This document shows positions 13,761 to 26,140 of a DNA stretch of 64,000 nucleotides, piece by piece. This DNA comes from Vicugna vicugna (lineage: Eukaryota): contig MU058636.1 in assembly GCA_013265495.1 (NCBI GenBank), positions 2,480,001-2,544,000 of the forward strand, in the 5' to 3' direction. The first letter of the stretch is position 1; each line of letters opens with the position of its first letter. The translations under genes were made by a program, and so were the position numbers. The notes below the pieces were generated by a model. It was given only the letters and a program-made list of their open reading frames with translations, did not search any database and was not told where the DNA came from.

Positions 13761-14134
13761 TCTTTTGAAGGAAAGAAGGAAAGAAAGAAAGATGGGCTGG
13801 ACTTAGATCCTGGAATCCTTTGCGTTGCTTCATTTGCTTTTCTCCCCTCTGGAACATTTCTAATTAAGTTTGAAAAGCTGACAAGTGTATTATTGTACTT
13901 TCTCAACAGAATCTCACTTTATTACCTGAGCATGATTAGTACAGGGAATTGGTGGACCCTCCTCAGCAAGATTGTTTCTACAAAACTGTGGGGTGTGTTT
14001 GAACGTTACTGTGTTGCTCAGAGGCACTGTGGCTTCACTGCTCTGAATTGCATTCATCCTGGTGGGTGACCCTCAGGACCCGTGTGCCCGAAAAGGAGGG
14101 CAGCAGGAACTGGGGAAAATCATCTCCCCTCTAA

Positions 14135-14444
14135 AGCCGGGGCTGGTGAACGAGGGCCCTCTGGCCAGCTTGGGTCACCACTTGTCTTTGTACAGCCCTT
14201 CTGCTAAGAATGGTTTTACGTTTTTATATGATTGGAAAAAAAAGCAAAAGAAGACTATTTAATGACAGGTGAAAATTATTTACAATTCAGATTCCAGTGT
14301 CTGTAAATCAAAGTGCATTGGAGCAGCCAAGCTCACTCGTTTGCGTATTGTCCCTGGCTGCTTTTGTGCTCTGGCTGCAAATTTTAGCACTTGCAACAGA
14401 GACCATATGGCCATGAAGACTAAATTTACTATCTGGTCCTTTAC
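14135..14444. mobile_element. MER58B-like hAT-Charlie element
   Basis: GCTAAGAATGGTTTTACGTTTTT, GTGAAAATTAT, CAACAGAGACCATATGGCC, TTTACTATCTGGTCCTTTAC. Confidence 0.75.
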
Positions 14445-15590
14445 CTGGAGGGCTGGTTAAAACACGAATTGCTGGGCCGCTCCCCCAAGTGCTTTTTCAA
14501 TTGAAGTGTAGTTTCAGGTGTATGGCATGGTGATTTGGTAGTTTTGCGGACTATACTGCGCTGTAAGTATTACAGGATAATGGCTTTAATTCCTTGTTGC
14601 TTATCTATTTTGTACATAGTAGTTTGTATCTATTAATCCTGTACCTCTAATTTGTCCCTCTCCCCTTTGGTAACCACTAGTTTGTTTTCTATATCTGTGT
14701 CTGCTTCTGTTTTGCATATACATTCATTTGTATAAATTTTTAGATTCCACATAGAAGTGACATCATACAGTGTTTGTCTGTCTTTGATTTATTTCACTGA
14801 TCATGGCATTCTCTAGGTCCATCCATGTTGCTGCAAGTGGCAAAGTTTCATTCTTTTTTAATAACTGAGTAGTATTCCATTGGTGTATCTATATACCACA
14901 TCTTCTTTATCCATTTGTCTGTTGGTGGGCACTTGGGTGGCAGCTTCTGTGTCTTGGCAATTGTACATAGTGCTGTGGTGAACACTAGGGTGCGTGTATC
15001 TTTTCAAATTAGTGTTTTCCTTTTATTCACATATATACCCAGGAGTAGAATTGCTGGATCATATGGTAGTTCTAGTTTTAGTCCTTTGCGGACCCTCCAC
15101 GCTGTTTTCCATAGGAGGCTGTACCAGTTTGCCTCACCAGCAGTGGACTAGGGTTCCCTTTTCTCCACATCCTCCCCAGCATTTGTTATTTGCAGATTTG
15201 TGGATGATGGCCATTCTGACAGGTGTGAGGTGACACCTCACTGTAGCTGTGGTGAGCATTTCTCTAACAATCAGCAGTGTTGAACAGCCTTTCATGTGTC
15301 TGTTAGCTATCCGTATGTCGTCTTTGGAAAAATATCCAGTCTTCTGCCCATTTTTTATTTACTTTTTGAGACTGAGCTGTATGTCCGGCTCAAGAATGTG
15401 CATTTCCAGGAATTCCCACGTGCTGCTGAGGGTGCTGGTGCCAGGACCACCCTTGGAGACCAGCCGGTCTGTAGCGGGGCTGCTCCCGCTAGGACGTGCT
15501 TGGGAATCACTTGCAGGGCTGGTTGAACTGCAGGGTCTGATACATCAGGTCTGGGGGAGAGTCTAAGAGGCTGCATTTCTAACAGGCCCT
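14445..15590. mobile_element. MER5A split by an antisense L1 (L1 ~14493-15383), followed by a second MER5 copy
   Basis: CTGGAGGGCTGGTTAAAACAC..GCTGGGCC before the L1; CAAGAATGTGCATTTCC..GGACCACCCTTGGAGACCAG after it. The L1 carries ORF2-end motifs (CCATTCTGACAGGTGTGAGGTGA). Confidence 0.75.
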
Positions 15591-17184
15591 TGGGAGCCAC
15601 ATGTCGAATGTCCACGTCTGATGTCCTCGGGCAAGTATGGCTCACGTGGCCTTTTTTCCTGGGATGTTGATGCAGCCAAAGGAGGAGACTGCTTTTGAGA
15701 TGGAGACACATTTATATGAGTAGGTTGTGCATGACTGTTTGGGGAAATAAAATTAATTGGAGGCTATAGGATGTTACGCAAAGAAATACGCTGGAGCTGT
15801 TTACAGTTAGTTTTTATTTTATGGGGATATTTAATTGCCTTTGCCACTTACATACATCTCTGAGTAAGCAATAATAAAAATGTTTCCACTTAACTAAATG
15901 TTTCTTTATTGTGATTGAGCTCGCTCACATTACTGTGGCTGACATAAGGTTTTATATTACTTTATGTGAGCATCCTCATTTGAGCCTTGAATTTGTTAAT
16001 TAAAATTTCACTGGAATTTCATATGTTGGGTATTAAGGAGTGTGGCTGAAAGGAGAGTCTGCTTCTCGAAAGCAGGGGAAGCTTCCAGGTAGGTGTTTAG
16101 TGGTGGTTATGCGACCTGAGGCTGAATTAAGGATCAGGGGTCGGATTGTTGCTTTGGGATGCACGAGCCAGTGTCTGTTTTATAGAAGGTACCATTGAGA
16201 ATAAAAATTTGTCTGTGTAATTTTACAATTTTATGTTGGTGAAGTACCTAAAAAGTTAATTTCCAATGTGTTTGTGAGTCATTTACTTACTTAGAAAAGG
16301 AGTCTTCCGAGTACCTTCCGAGTTACATGAGATCTTTTGGGCTTTGCAGAAAAAAGTTTGTGACTGTTAATGCAAACATGTTATGGACCCAAAGCAGCCT
16401 CCTAGTTAAAAGCGTTTTTTTAGTGTGTTTTTCATGTGTAAAGAATCCAGGGCTGTAGCCCTTGTATGGTCAACACCTTTGGGTCTTGTCGCTGTTAGTT
16501 AGTGGGCAGTTAAAGTGTTATATTTAAGGAAAAGATGAGAAGTCAGTTTTCTGTTTAATTTTACTCTTCATATCTTTCATCAGAGAAAGGAAAAGAATAA
16601 ATAATTGTGCACATGCCACTCTTTCTTCAAGAAAGAACTGGAACCTATTACTTTTTTCTTTTTAGTAAATGGGGCGTATTGGCCACATGATTAAATTTTT
16701 ACCCAGGATTTAAAGACAACTTTCTAGTATTAATTCGTGGAGAGTAATGGGCGATAAGGACAATTTATTATTCTTGGCTATTGTGAATTTCAGTGGGCTG
16801 GCTGAGACTATAATTCGTTTTAATATATTGCTTATGCCTGGAGGGAAACTTTCTTTAGAAATTCAAACAGAATTTATAGGCCATCTTTTTCTTGTTCAGA
16901 GATGACAGTTCATTTTCACAGTTAGCATGTTTATACAATCAAGATTATTGAGCATGATGTTAACTATTTTTCATTAGCAAAATAATTGTACTGTTCCTCA
17001 GACCTCTGGGATTTAGGCTTCTTCAGAGGTGGAAATTCGTGCCCAGTGGCTCAGGGAAGGACCCTTTGCTTACTACTTGTGTGGCTGACCTTTACCTCTA
17101 AGCAGGTAATATGTTATTGCGTCCTGGCAGGTAGGAGTGTTTTCCTCAGTCACCTCAATGATTGGAAATCATGTCTCTGTTTCA

Positions 17185-17440
17185 AGAAGATAAGGTTCAG
17201 GCCAAGAGGTAGAAGCTACAGGGAGGCAATTTTTGGTTCTGTAAAGGAAGGAATTTCCTAGTTCTTTAGGGCTGCTCAGAAATAGAATGGCTGTCTTGTT
17301 AGGGAGCGACATTCCCTACAATTAGAAGCGTTCCTGCCTGCGGAGAGTCAGTGGGTGGGATTCCTCTGTTAGGTGGGAAATCAGTCTTGCTGGTGTCCTA
17401 AGATTTTTTCCCTCATTTCAATATTGCTTATTTCTATAAT
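17185..17440 (+). mobile_element. L3/CR1 LINE 3' end (ancient)
   Basis: GAAGCTACAGGGAGGCAATTTTTGG..AAGGAAGGAATTTCCTA..AATAGAATGGCTGTCTTG..GGGATTCCTCTGTTAGGTGGGA resembles the L3 3' consensus. Confidence 0.65.
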
Positions 17441-18227
17441 CTCATAAAATCGCTGCTTCCCGTCTGTGTGAATGTCAGAGGAGGCTTTCTGACTTTGTTG
17501 GCAGCTTATTTCAGAGCACCACGGTGGACGTGTCACATGGAGCCTTCACTGTGACAGTGTTAGTCATTGCTCAGCTCACCGGTGTTGGGGTAGGAAAGGA
17601 ACCGACTCTTCCCGGGCCTGCACACGGCTCCTAGGTTGTAACCGATACCGCTGCCGCTGCCCCAGCTGGAGCTTTCACATCACAAACTCAGTGCAGATCC
17701 CACGTACAGGTTGAGGTGGGGCTCCTCCCCGCTGCCCCTTTGGGCGACCAACTTGTAAATCTTGGAAGTTGCTTAACATCTGAGCTTCATTTCTCTTTCC
17801 CTTTGTAGAACATATGTATATTGTAAAGGATGTAAAAGAGAACATGTAGCAGTGGTGGGATATGTATGTTCAACTTTTTTTTTTCTGTTAAGAAAACAGC
17901 TTGTTGTCCACCTCTGCTGCTTAGCAAGGGGCTCTTCTGCCCATTTTATGGGAAGGCTGGAATACTGACCCCCTCCTCCCGTCCGTCAAGTGCCAGGCTT
18001 TGACTTTGAGTGGCAGGAGTCCGTGTTTCTGTTGCTTATGATTTGGGACCTGTTTAATGTGCCTCTGAGTTATTCCCAAGGGGACCTGCTCTGCTGCCTG
18101 GATGCCCTGGATGTTTGTGTGCCTTTAGGGTCTCCCAGCCTCTCTCAGTTTCTAGCCCAACTTCTTACTACTACCTCACTCGTCTTGTTATCTTTTAATT
18201 GCAATATCTCTTAGTCTTTTAAACATT

Positions 18228-19005
18228 TTAGAATTGTGGTAAAATACCCATAACATAAAATTTACCATCTTAACCATTTTTAAGTGTACAGTTCAGTAGT
18301 GTCACGTACACTCACCTTGTTGTGCAGCCAATGTCTAGAACTGTTTTCATCTTGCAAAACCGAAACTCTGTCCCCATTAAACAACAACCCCCCCTGCCCC
18401 GGCAGCCACCGTTCTACTTTCTGTCTCTGTGACTGTGACTGCTCTAGACAGCTCATAAAAATGAAATCATATAGGGATTGGCTTGTTTAGCTTAGTATCC
18501 TGTCTTCAAAGTTCACTCATGTTATAACAAGTGTTAAAATTTCCTCCTTTTTGATGCTGAGTGATATTTCATTGTATGTATATACCACATTTTTTGGTCT
18601 CTGTTCATCCACTGATGGACACTTGGGTTGCTTCTGCCTTTTGGCTATTGTGACTTCTGCTGTAGTAAACGTGGGTGTGCAAATATCTCTTTGAGATCCT
18701 GCTTTCAATTCTTTTAGATACATACCCCGAAGTGGAACTTCTGTATCATATGGTAATACTATTTTTAAGTTCTTGAGGAACTGCCATCCTGTTTTCCACA
18801 GCAGCTACACCATTTTCCATTCCCGTCAACAGTGCACAGTTTCTCCATATCCTTGTTAACACCACTTTGTGTTTTGATAGTGGCCATCCTGATGGTGTGC
18901 GATGCTGTCTCATGGGTTTGACTTGCATTTTCTTCATGGTTAGTGACATTGAATGTCTTCTCATGCTTTTTGGCCATTTGTATTTCTCCTTTGGAGAAAT
19001 GTCTA
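18228..19005 (-). mobile_element. L1MB-type 3' fragment
   Basis: TAACATAAAATTTACCATCTTAACCATTTTTAAGTGTACAGTTCAGTAG; GAAACTCTGTCCCCATTAAACAA; degenerate ORF2 peptides in the ORF track. Confidence 0.87.
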
Positions 19006-19299
19006 ACCCTGTCTCTTTAAAAAATTTTTCTTTTTAAAGAAATATATAGATATATTTGGACCATATACATATTGGGTGTTCTTTGGGAAATTTTTTCCTG
19101 TTTTCACTTACTTTCCCTTCATCACCCTGGGTAACCCGAGTTAATTACCTGGTGTGTATCTTCTTGTATTTTCCTCTATGCCCAGATAATGTAGATGAAC
19201 ATAGAAGCATATAAGCATATAAGGATTTGGGGATAATTGTTTGCTTCATTAACTGGTGTCATTTTAAACACACTTTTCTGTATTAATTTTCCCATTTAG

Positions 19300-20370
19300 C
19301 AACACTTCATAGAAGTACCTTCAACTCCACTAGTTTAGCTTTAATTCATTCTTTTTATGGCTGTACAGTATTCCATGGTATGGGTGTGGACCCATCATTA
19401 CTTATTCAACTGTTACCCTGTTAATAAACATTCATTTTGGGTTTTTTTTTTTTGCCAGTGGGAATAGTGGTGTAATAAACATATCTGAAATCTCTTTTTG
19501 CATTGTCTTTTTTTGTTTTTTTTTTAAGAAAATGTTACACAGTAGTTGGAATCTCATGAAAGTGTATTTTTAGCAAAAAATATTGCTGGATTACTTCCAA
19601 AACTTCTGTAACAATTTACACTGCCATCAGCAATTTACGAGTGTTCTTTTTTTTTTTTTTGACGTTTTTGTTAGCAATAGGTGTTAAGCTTTTTTAAAAA
19701 TAATTTTTGTTGATCTGGATGAAAAGAGTGAGTCTGAGCAGTTTTTCGTGAGTTGGCCCGTCGGGTCTTGGCTCTTCTGCACATTGCTGAGCTGTATGTT
19801 TGGGCACATATTTCTGTTGAATTATTTTTCTTTTTTTGTATCCATTTCTAAGAGGGCTCTATATGTTATTGATATTAGCATTTTATTTTAAAAATTCTAT
19901 TGCAGATACTTTTTCCAAATCTGTTGTTTGCACGTACACCTTGCTTATGATAGCTTTTGCTCTAAAAATGGTTTAAATTTTCATATAGCAAAATATGCCT
20001 TTTGTTTTATGTTTCTTTGTTTTCAGGGATAAGGTCTCCATGCACCTTTAGGTGATATATGTAGTCCTAGATTTTCTCTTAAGAGTTTATTAGTTTATTT
20101 TTGGCATCCAGCCCTTACTTTATCTGTAATTTATTTTTACATTTTGTGTAAGAAAATTATTTTGTTCCAAATGGACAGCTGAAAGTGCCAACACCATTTA
20201 TTAAAGCCAAAAAAAAAAAAATTAAAGGGAGAGTTGAGACTTTCCTTATCAGACAGTAAAACGTACCATAAAGGCTACTTGATGAGACAGAATGGAGACT
20301 CCAGAAATACCCCAGCATAAGTAAAGCTTTAATATATGACAGAGTGACATTTAAATTTTATTGGTAGAAA
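19300..20370. mobile_element. Old, highly diverged L1M fragments
   Basis: GGCTGTACAGTATTCCATGGTATG, CAATTTACACTGCCATCAGCAAT, CAACACCATTTATTAAA; short plus-strand ORF2 piece at ~20225-20370. Confidence 0.55.
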
Positions 20371-20879
20371 GCGGTCTATTTGTTTTACCCATTTTCTTAA
20401 AATTCCAGGGACAGAAAGTTAAGAATTTTCAGAGTGCATTCATTTTTACTCTCAATGCAGATCCATTTTTGTATCATTTGCCAGTTAGTTCTGCAGAAAA
20501 CTGTGGAATCTTGACTCAAGACATTCTCAGCGGCCTGTCTTCAGTGCGGTTCAGTGAGTGACAGCGAAAGCTCGTTCCTGGCTTCCCACCAGGAGTGCTG
20601 ACAAGTCTGAGTTAAGATCCCAGGGAGCGCCTTGATTTCAAAGCGCCGCAGATGATACAGACTGCTCACGCTTTCTGTCCTTAAAAGCAAGATCAAATTG
20701 CTGCCTTCTGTTAGTTTCTCTCCCCTTAGTCCGTGCACCGCGAGCCTTTGGCAGCATGTTCTAAATGAGCACACTCGGACTGGCTCAGGAGGGAGGAGAC
20801 AGGCATGTGTATCGTTGGACCAACACGGGGTGTGGCCAGTGCTGAGAGATTCTGGAGAGGCAGGTATCGTGCTGGCTTC

Positions 20880-21130
20880 CCCTTGAAGGCAGCAGATCTC
20901 GTCTGAGGGGGGCCCTGACGCACGGGTACGATTTTGAGCAGGCAGCTGCTCGGGGCGGGCGGCGTCGGCGACGTGCGCCGCGCGGCGTGGCGGAGTGGCT
21001 GCGTGCGGAGGGGGAGCGGTGGCAGGTGAGGGCGCGGTGGGCGGGCTTGGGGGCCGAGCCTGGGGGACGTACACTGGAGGCCGAGCTGTTTCTGAAAGCA
21101 CACCTCGAGGGTGGGCGGAGGGGAGGATTT
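20880..21130 (+). promoter_or_regulatory. Small CpG island; candidate promoter/first exon ending at a donor at 21025|21026
   Basis: Dense CpG run (GGCGTCGGCGACGTGCGCCGCGCGGCG), GC box GGGGCGGG at ~20952, donor GCAG|GTGAGG. Confidence 0.6.
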
Positions 21131-21523
21131 TCAGAAGTCCCTTCACAACCCCGACTTCACTGCTCATGTGCTCTGTTGACTGGCCCTAAAACAGGGCCCC
21201 TTTCCTGAGAGATGCCAGGTGCCAAACGCAGTAGGTACTTGATGTCCCAAAGTGCTCTCAAGTCAGCGGATAGATCCCGGTTCTACAGGTCAGAAAACTG
21301 AGGTTTGAGAGACTGAATTTCCCAATGTCATCTTTGTTTGCAGCCATGGGATTCTCACTCTGGTCTGCTCGGATGCAAAGGCTCTGTCCTACCCAAAAGC
21401 CACGTCCACATGCCTGCCACCTGCCGGGCTCCGAACAGTTTTTGTGGTTTCCCACAATGTAGCTCACATTATGGATAATGCATCCCATGAATAATTATAT
21501 TGCCGTTAAAAATATAAATATAA

Positions 21524-21623
21524 GGAAGACGGTATAGCTCAGTGGTTAGAGCACGTGCTTAGCATGCACAAGGTCCTGGGTTCAATCCCCAGCACCTCCA
21601 TTTAAAAAAAAAAAGCTAAATTA
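21524..21623 (+). mobile_element. tRNA-Ala-derived SINE (camelid Vic-1 type)
   Basis: A box TAGCTCAGTGG, AGC anticodon-like loop, B box GGTTCAATCCC, A-rich tail; imperfect 16-bp TSD (21508-21523 vs 21624-21639, 14/16) after TT/AAAA. Confidence 0.85.
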
Positions 21624-23081
21624 AAAAATATTAATACAAACTAAAGGTAGGTTATAAGTATGTAGAGAAGGCTTTAGTGTAGCATGGCGTTGAAGGAAAG
21701 CCTTATCTCGTTAGTGCTACTGCACACCCGCCAGATCGGAATGCGGTGGCCCACTTGGGCTATCTTTAATTGCTCACTATAAATAGCTTAATGATGCTGC
21801 CCTAAAAAGACTCTGATGTAACTGAGGGGCTCAGTGTGACCCATATATATGATGCTTTTCTGGGTGTCCGTGTCTGGGACAGTTGATGCTCGAGTATGAC
21901 AGGGTTTTCACTGCTGAAATGAGGGCTGAATTTCCTGGCCAGTCATTCCTCACCCCCACCTCCCTTCAGATGCCATTGTCTCCATCCTTCCTTTCTGCCC
22001 GCGTCTGCGGTGAGGTCACTCTGTCACTCTCACATCCCAGCCACGTTACCACCCGCTTGACCTGGCGCTGAGAGACCGGTGCCCCTCGCAGCCCAGTCTG
22101 ATGCCCTGAGAAGACCCGTGCAGGCCTGTATGGCGTGGTGCGCCCTTCCTTCCCGGGCAGCCGTGGGAGCCTGGACGCCATGCTCTACTCTAGGTATTGA
22201 TGCGTCTTCTTGACTCAAGCACTGAACCATCTCTGCCTCCGTTCTCTCCAGGCTTTGCCAGCCCGACCCCCAGCCCCCTGGGGATCTCTCCCTCCCCAGG
22301 TTGGAGGCCTTCCATGTCAGTTCAGCGTGGCTGCAGCAACCCAAAGCCCCCCTGGTTTTCTCTCTGCCCCACCCCTACTGCAAGGTTGTTGTCCCACCTT
22401 CGTACGTCGCATCCACTAAGACTTGTAGTCTTACTACCAGTCTCCCTTTTCAAAGACAGTGGACTCCAGAGCTGGAGATTTGAAAGGTCAGGGGGATTTG
22501 CACTGAAAGGAGAGGGACTGGTGGGTAGAAAACATATAGAATAGAGGCCCAAAGTCTAGGGCTTGTGCATGGCTAGAAAAAGAAAAAACCCACACTGACA
22601 AACCAGGCGCCAAAATGTGGAGTATTAAAGGAAGAGAGAGGGAATGGAGGGAGGGTGGGGGGTGCTGATGGGGAGACTGGGTCGATGAGCTGATGGGAAG
22701 AAATATGGTGGGGACAGAGGAGAAGAGGCCGGCCACCCTAGAGAAGATGCAGGTACCTTTCAACACTTGGACCCTGCACCTGCCTTTCTACGTGTGCTAA
22801 AAATGGTACCACATCGCACAAAGAACTCTGAGTTTGGAGACACTGAGTTGTCTTACAAGATTGAAGATCAACTCAGTACCTTGTTCCATGGATGGTGGTA
22901 ACTTGAGAGTCGTGTCTGGTACCCTGTCCCTTCACAGAGAGGTGGTCTTCTCCTTGTACCTAAAAATCAGTAATAGTCATGATATTTGACATTCATTGAA
23001 AATTTATGTCACTTTTGCACTGTAGTTTTTCTCTCCAAAGTTCATCAAAACTCAGGAATGCAGGAGATATTTTCCTTACGT

Positions 23082-23730
23082 TGTTGCAGAAAAATGTATT
23101 ACAGCTCAGTGTTACAGCTCAGTTGGGACAGCAACCTGGATCCGAAAGAAAAATGTATTACAGCTCAGTGTTACAGCTCGGTGTTACAGCTCAGTTGGGA
23201 CAGCAACCTGGATCCGGGCAAGAGACCAAGCAGCACTCGGAGAGTTGGAGAACTCAGGTTTATTACGCCAGTGGGCCCAGAAGAGTTAACACTTCAAGCT
23301 CTGGACCCTGTCTGTAGGTTTACACAGGCCTTTTATAGGCTGCCAGTTTTACACTTTGCAACATCATATGCAAATAAAGTATAACAGAAGTTGACCAACC
23401 AGGAACAAGCTTTGTAGAAATAGACCAATCAGGAGTGAGAGAAATAACCAATCACGAGTGAACTCCATGCAAATGAAGTACTACAAATGGGCCAATCAGA
23501 ATTTAGGGAATTAGACCAATCAGAAGTGAGAGTAATACCCAGTCAGGAGTGAAGGAAATAACCAATCAGAAATGAGCTCAGGGAACCAATAGAATTTTAG
23601 GTGTAAATTAGTCACTTTAGAGGCAGAAAGTGAGATAGAGCTTCCTGGCCAGGGAACCAGACGGTGATGGGAGGAGAGCAGTGGCCCTGCCTAGGGTCCT
23701 GCCGGTCTTTTTATGGGGCTTCCCACTGCA
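23082..23730 (-). mobile_element. ERV solo LTR (ERV1-like), 649 bp
   Basis: TG...CA termini with 4-bp TSD ACGT (23078-23081, 23731-23734). On the minus strand: CCAAT-box array (U3), TATAAAA (23331-23337), AATAAA (23259-23264), then a tandemly duplicated U5 segment. Confidence 0.88.
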
Positions 23731-24739
23731 ACGTTAGATGTGCAAAATATTCAGGTAACCCACCACGGCCACAGAGGTGAATTTACAACTTACAGTCTGT
23801 ACTTCAATTAAAAAAAGAAAGAACTTACAGTCTGTCTTAGGGACTAGGATTCTCCCTCCGGAGCATAAATGGGCTTGAGGACCGCGGTCTCATGTTAGGC
23901 CCTGATTCTGAACGTTGGGGAGTTCAGGAACAGAGCGTTCTGTGTTTTGTGATATAATTGTGGCAGGAGGTGTGAGACAAAGCCCTGATGTCAGCCTTTA
24001 ACCAATTGTTAGCCTAGGCATCTTAGAAAAACATTCCTTTGGGACAGGTCCCCTGGCCACAGCACACTTGCTGAGGTGAACAGGTGCTATACCCATTGTG
24101 TTAGAAGTGTCAGCTTTGGTTACACTCAAGCAGCAATAAAGTAAGAAAAGTGTTCAAAGTGCTTATTAGGTATCTGCATTTCCCCTCCTCCTCCTCCTCA
24201 GTCAGCACAGTCCTCTGGAATCCTGTTTCCAGCTTGCCTGTGATCTCACGCATCCTTCCTGGGTAGTGGGTTTGTAGAGGTGTCAGGAGAACATCTCCCC
24301 GGTGGTCTGCAATTGGCACGGGTCTCCCGTTTCCCCTCAGGCCTCTGCTTGCTTGGTCTAATCTCCGTGAAGGTGGAGTGAATTTATATATACAGCGACA
24401 CTTTGTGTTATTTGTTGTCCAACTTCAGCTAACCGGCGTGTGAGGAGGAAGCTATTGTAAGCCAGCAGGACTTTGGAGTTGCCCAAATAGATGTTGGCAA
24501 ATTTGTGTATCAAGTGGAGAGTCTGTTATTCTTAGTCTGTTTACTATTGTTTAAAAATATCTCTAAATGACTTGACGGTCTAATTTCTCAGCCTGCACGC
24601 TGTTGGAAGTAGCAGCTTCAAAGGTGTGGGGAGTCTCTGGAGGCAGCCACGCTGACAAGAGTGAGGAATAGGAAAAAGAACCAGGCTATCCCAGAACTGC
24701 CAAAATCAGGTCAACAGGACCCATTTTAATGGACAGAAA

Positions 24740-24814
24740 AGTGCTTATCACATAGTAAAATTGAAACAAATCTTGTGGAATGAATGAATGAATGAATAAA
24801 TAAATAAATAAATA
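24740..24814 (+). repeat. L2 3' tail with (TGAA)n(TAAA)n microsatellite
   Basis: AAATCTTGTGGAATGAATGAATGAATGAATAAATAAATAAATAAATAA. Confidence 0.6.
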
Positions 24815-24977
24815 ACTGTGGATATTTTATTGTTGAATCTTGTCAAAAGGGTTAAATTAATTTTAGTGGCTTAAGTTTCAGAAGGATAAGGAAATGCATT
24901 TTTTCACATTAAAGCTATTTTTATGTTTAAGATTTAATTTTTAAAAATTTAAAAATTTTTATTTGAAAAGATAAGCT

Positions 24978-26140
24978 AGACTTTTGTCTCTGGGAAGATG
25001 TTGTAGGCATGCTTTTCCCAGTTCTTCTCAAATGCAGCTAAAAACTCTGAACTTTATGTAGAAAACAAATAGGAAACAGTTCTCCAAGGCAGGCCAGCTT
25101 GATTTGTACAGTTTAAAAGGATGAGTTTTTTGGGATGTGACTTACATTTCAATACACACAATGCATTAAAGAGCAATTGCAAATACACTTGCAATGAATA
25201 AAAACATTAGAAGATATAAAGAAGAACCAAGTGGCAATTTCAGAACTGAAAAATAGAACTGGAAATAAAAGACTCAGTGGGCGAGCTCAACAGAAGAATG
25301 GATGGGGCAGAGGGAAAATCAGTGGTTTAAAATATTCAGAAAGCTGTGCAACCATCAGCACTACCTGGTTCCAGCACCACTGCAGAGCGAAATGCCACAC
25401 CCACTAGTAACCACTTCTCATTCCGCTCTCTCCCTCGTCCCTGGAACCCATTAGCCTGCTTTCTGTCTCTAGAGTTGCCTATTCTGTACATTTCATATAA
25501 ATGAAATCAAACAACATATGGCCTTTTGTGACTGGTTTCTCTCACTGAGCATAATGTTTTCAAAGTTTATCCATGGTAGAGCATGAATCAGCCCCTCGTT
25601 CCATTTTCATGGCTGAAAAACATTCCATTATATGGACGTAGGACATTTTGTTTATCCATTCATATTGCTTCCACCCTTTGGCTGTATGTATATATCACCT
25701 TTTCTTTATCCATTCACCCACTGATGGCCACTTGGGTTGTTTCTGCATCCTGGCTGTTGTGAACAGTGCTGCAGTGAACATGGGGGTGCTAATATCACTT
25801 CAAGATCCTGCTTTCAGTTCTTTTGGATAAATACCCAGAAGTGGGCTTGCTGGACCATACGTGAGTTTTATTTTCAATCCGTTGAAGAACCTTCATACTG
25901 TTCTCTGTAGAGACTGAACCATTTTACATTCCTACCAACAGTGTACAAGGGTTCCACTTTCTCCACATCCTTGCCAATACTTGTCTGTTGGTTTTCTTTA
26001 TTTTTTGATAATACCCGTTCTAACAGCTGTGAAATGATACCTCATGGTGGTTTTGTGTTCCATTTCCCTACCGGTTAGTAATGTGGGGCATCTTTTTACC
26101 TGCCTCTTGGCCTTTGCATGTCTTCTTTGGAGAAATGTTT
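24978..26140. mobile_element. L1 fragments: plus-strand 5'UTR/ORF1 piece (~24978-25325) next to minus-strand L1MB 3' piece (~25325-26140)
   Basis: AGAAGATATAAAGAAGAACCAAGTGG..GAACTGAAAAATA..GAGCTCAACAGAAGAATGG (ORF1-like); ACATTTCATATAAATGAAATCA, ATACCCAGAAGTGGGCTTGCTGGA. Confidence 0.72.

Noticed and set aside
20541..21167. 208-aa minus-strand ORF
   Set aside because: Pro/Ala-rich low-complexity frame across a CpG island with no recognisable domain; expected from GC content.
21524..21600. tRNA-Ala(AGC) gene
   Set aside because: A-rich tail, TSDs, altered 5' end and a second copy at 40107 indicate a tRNA-derived SINE.
23088..23216. CRISPR-like repeat array
   Set aside because: Tandem repeats with no unique spacers, inside an LTR in mammalian DNA.
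24978..26140. Twin-primed (5'-inverted) single L1
   Set aside because: The pieces are tail-to-tail, look like different subfamilies and have no enclosing TSD.
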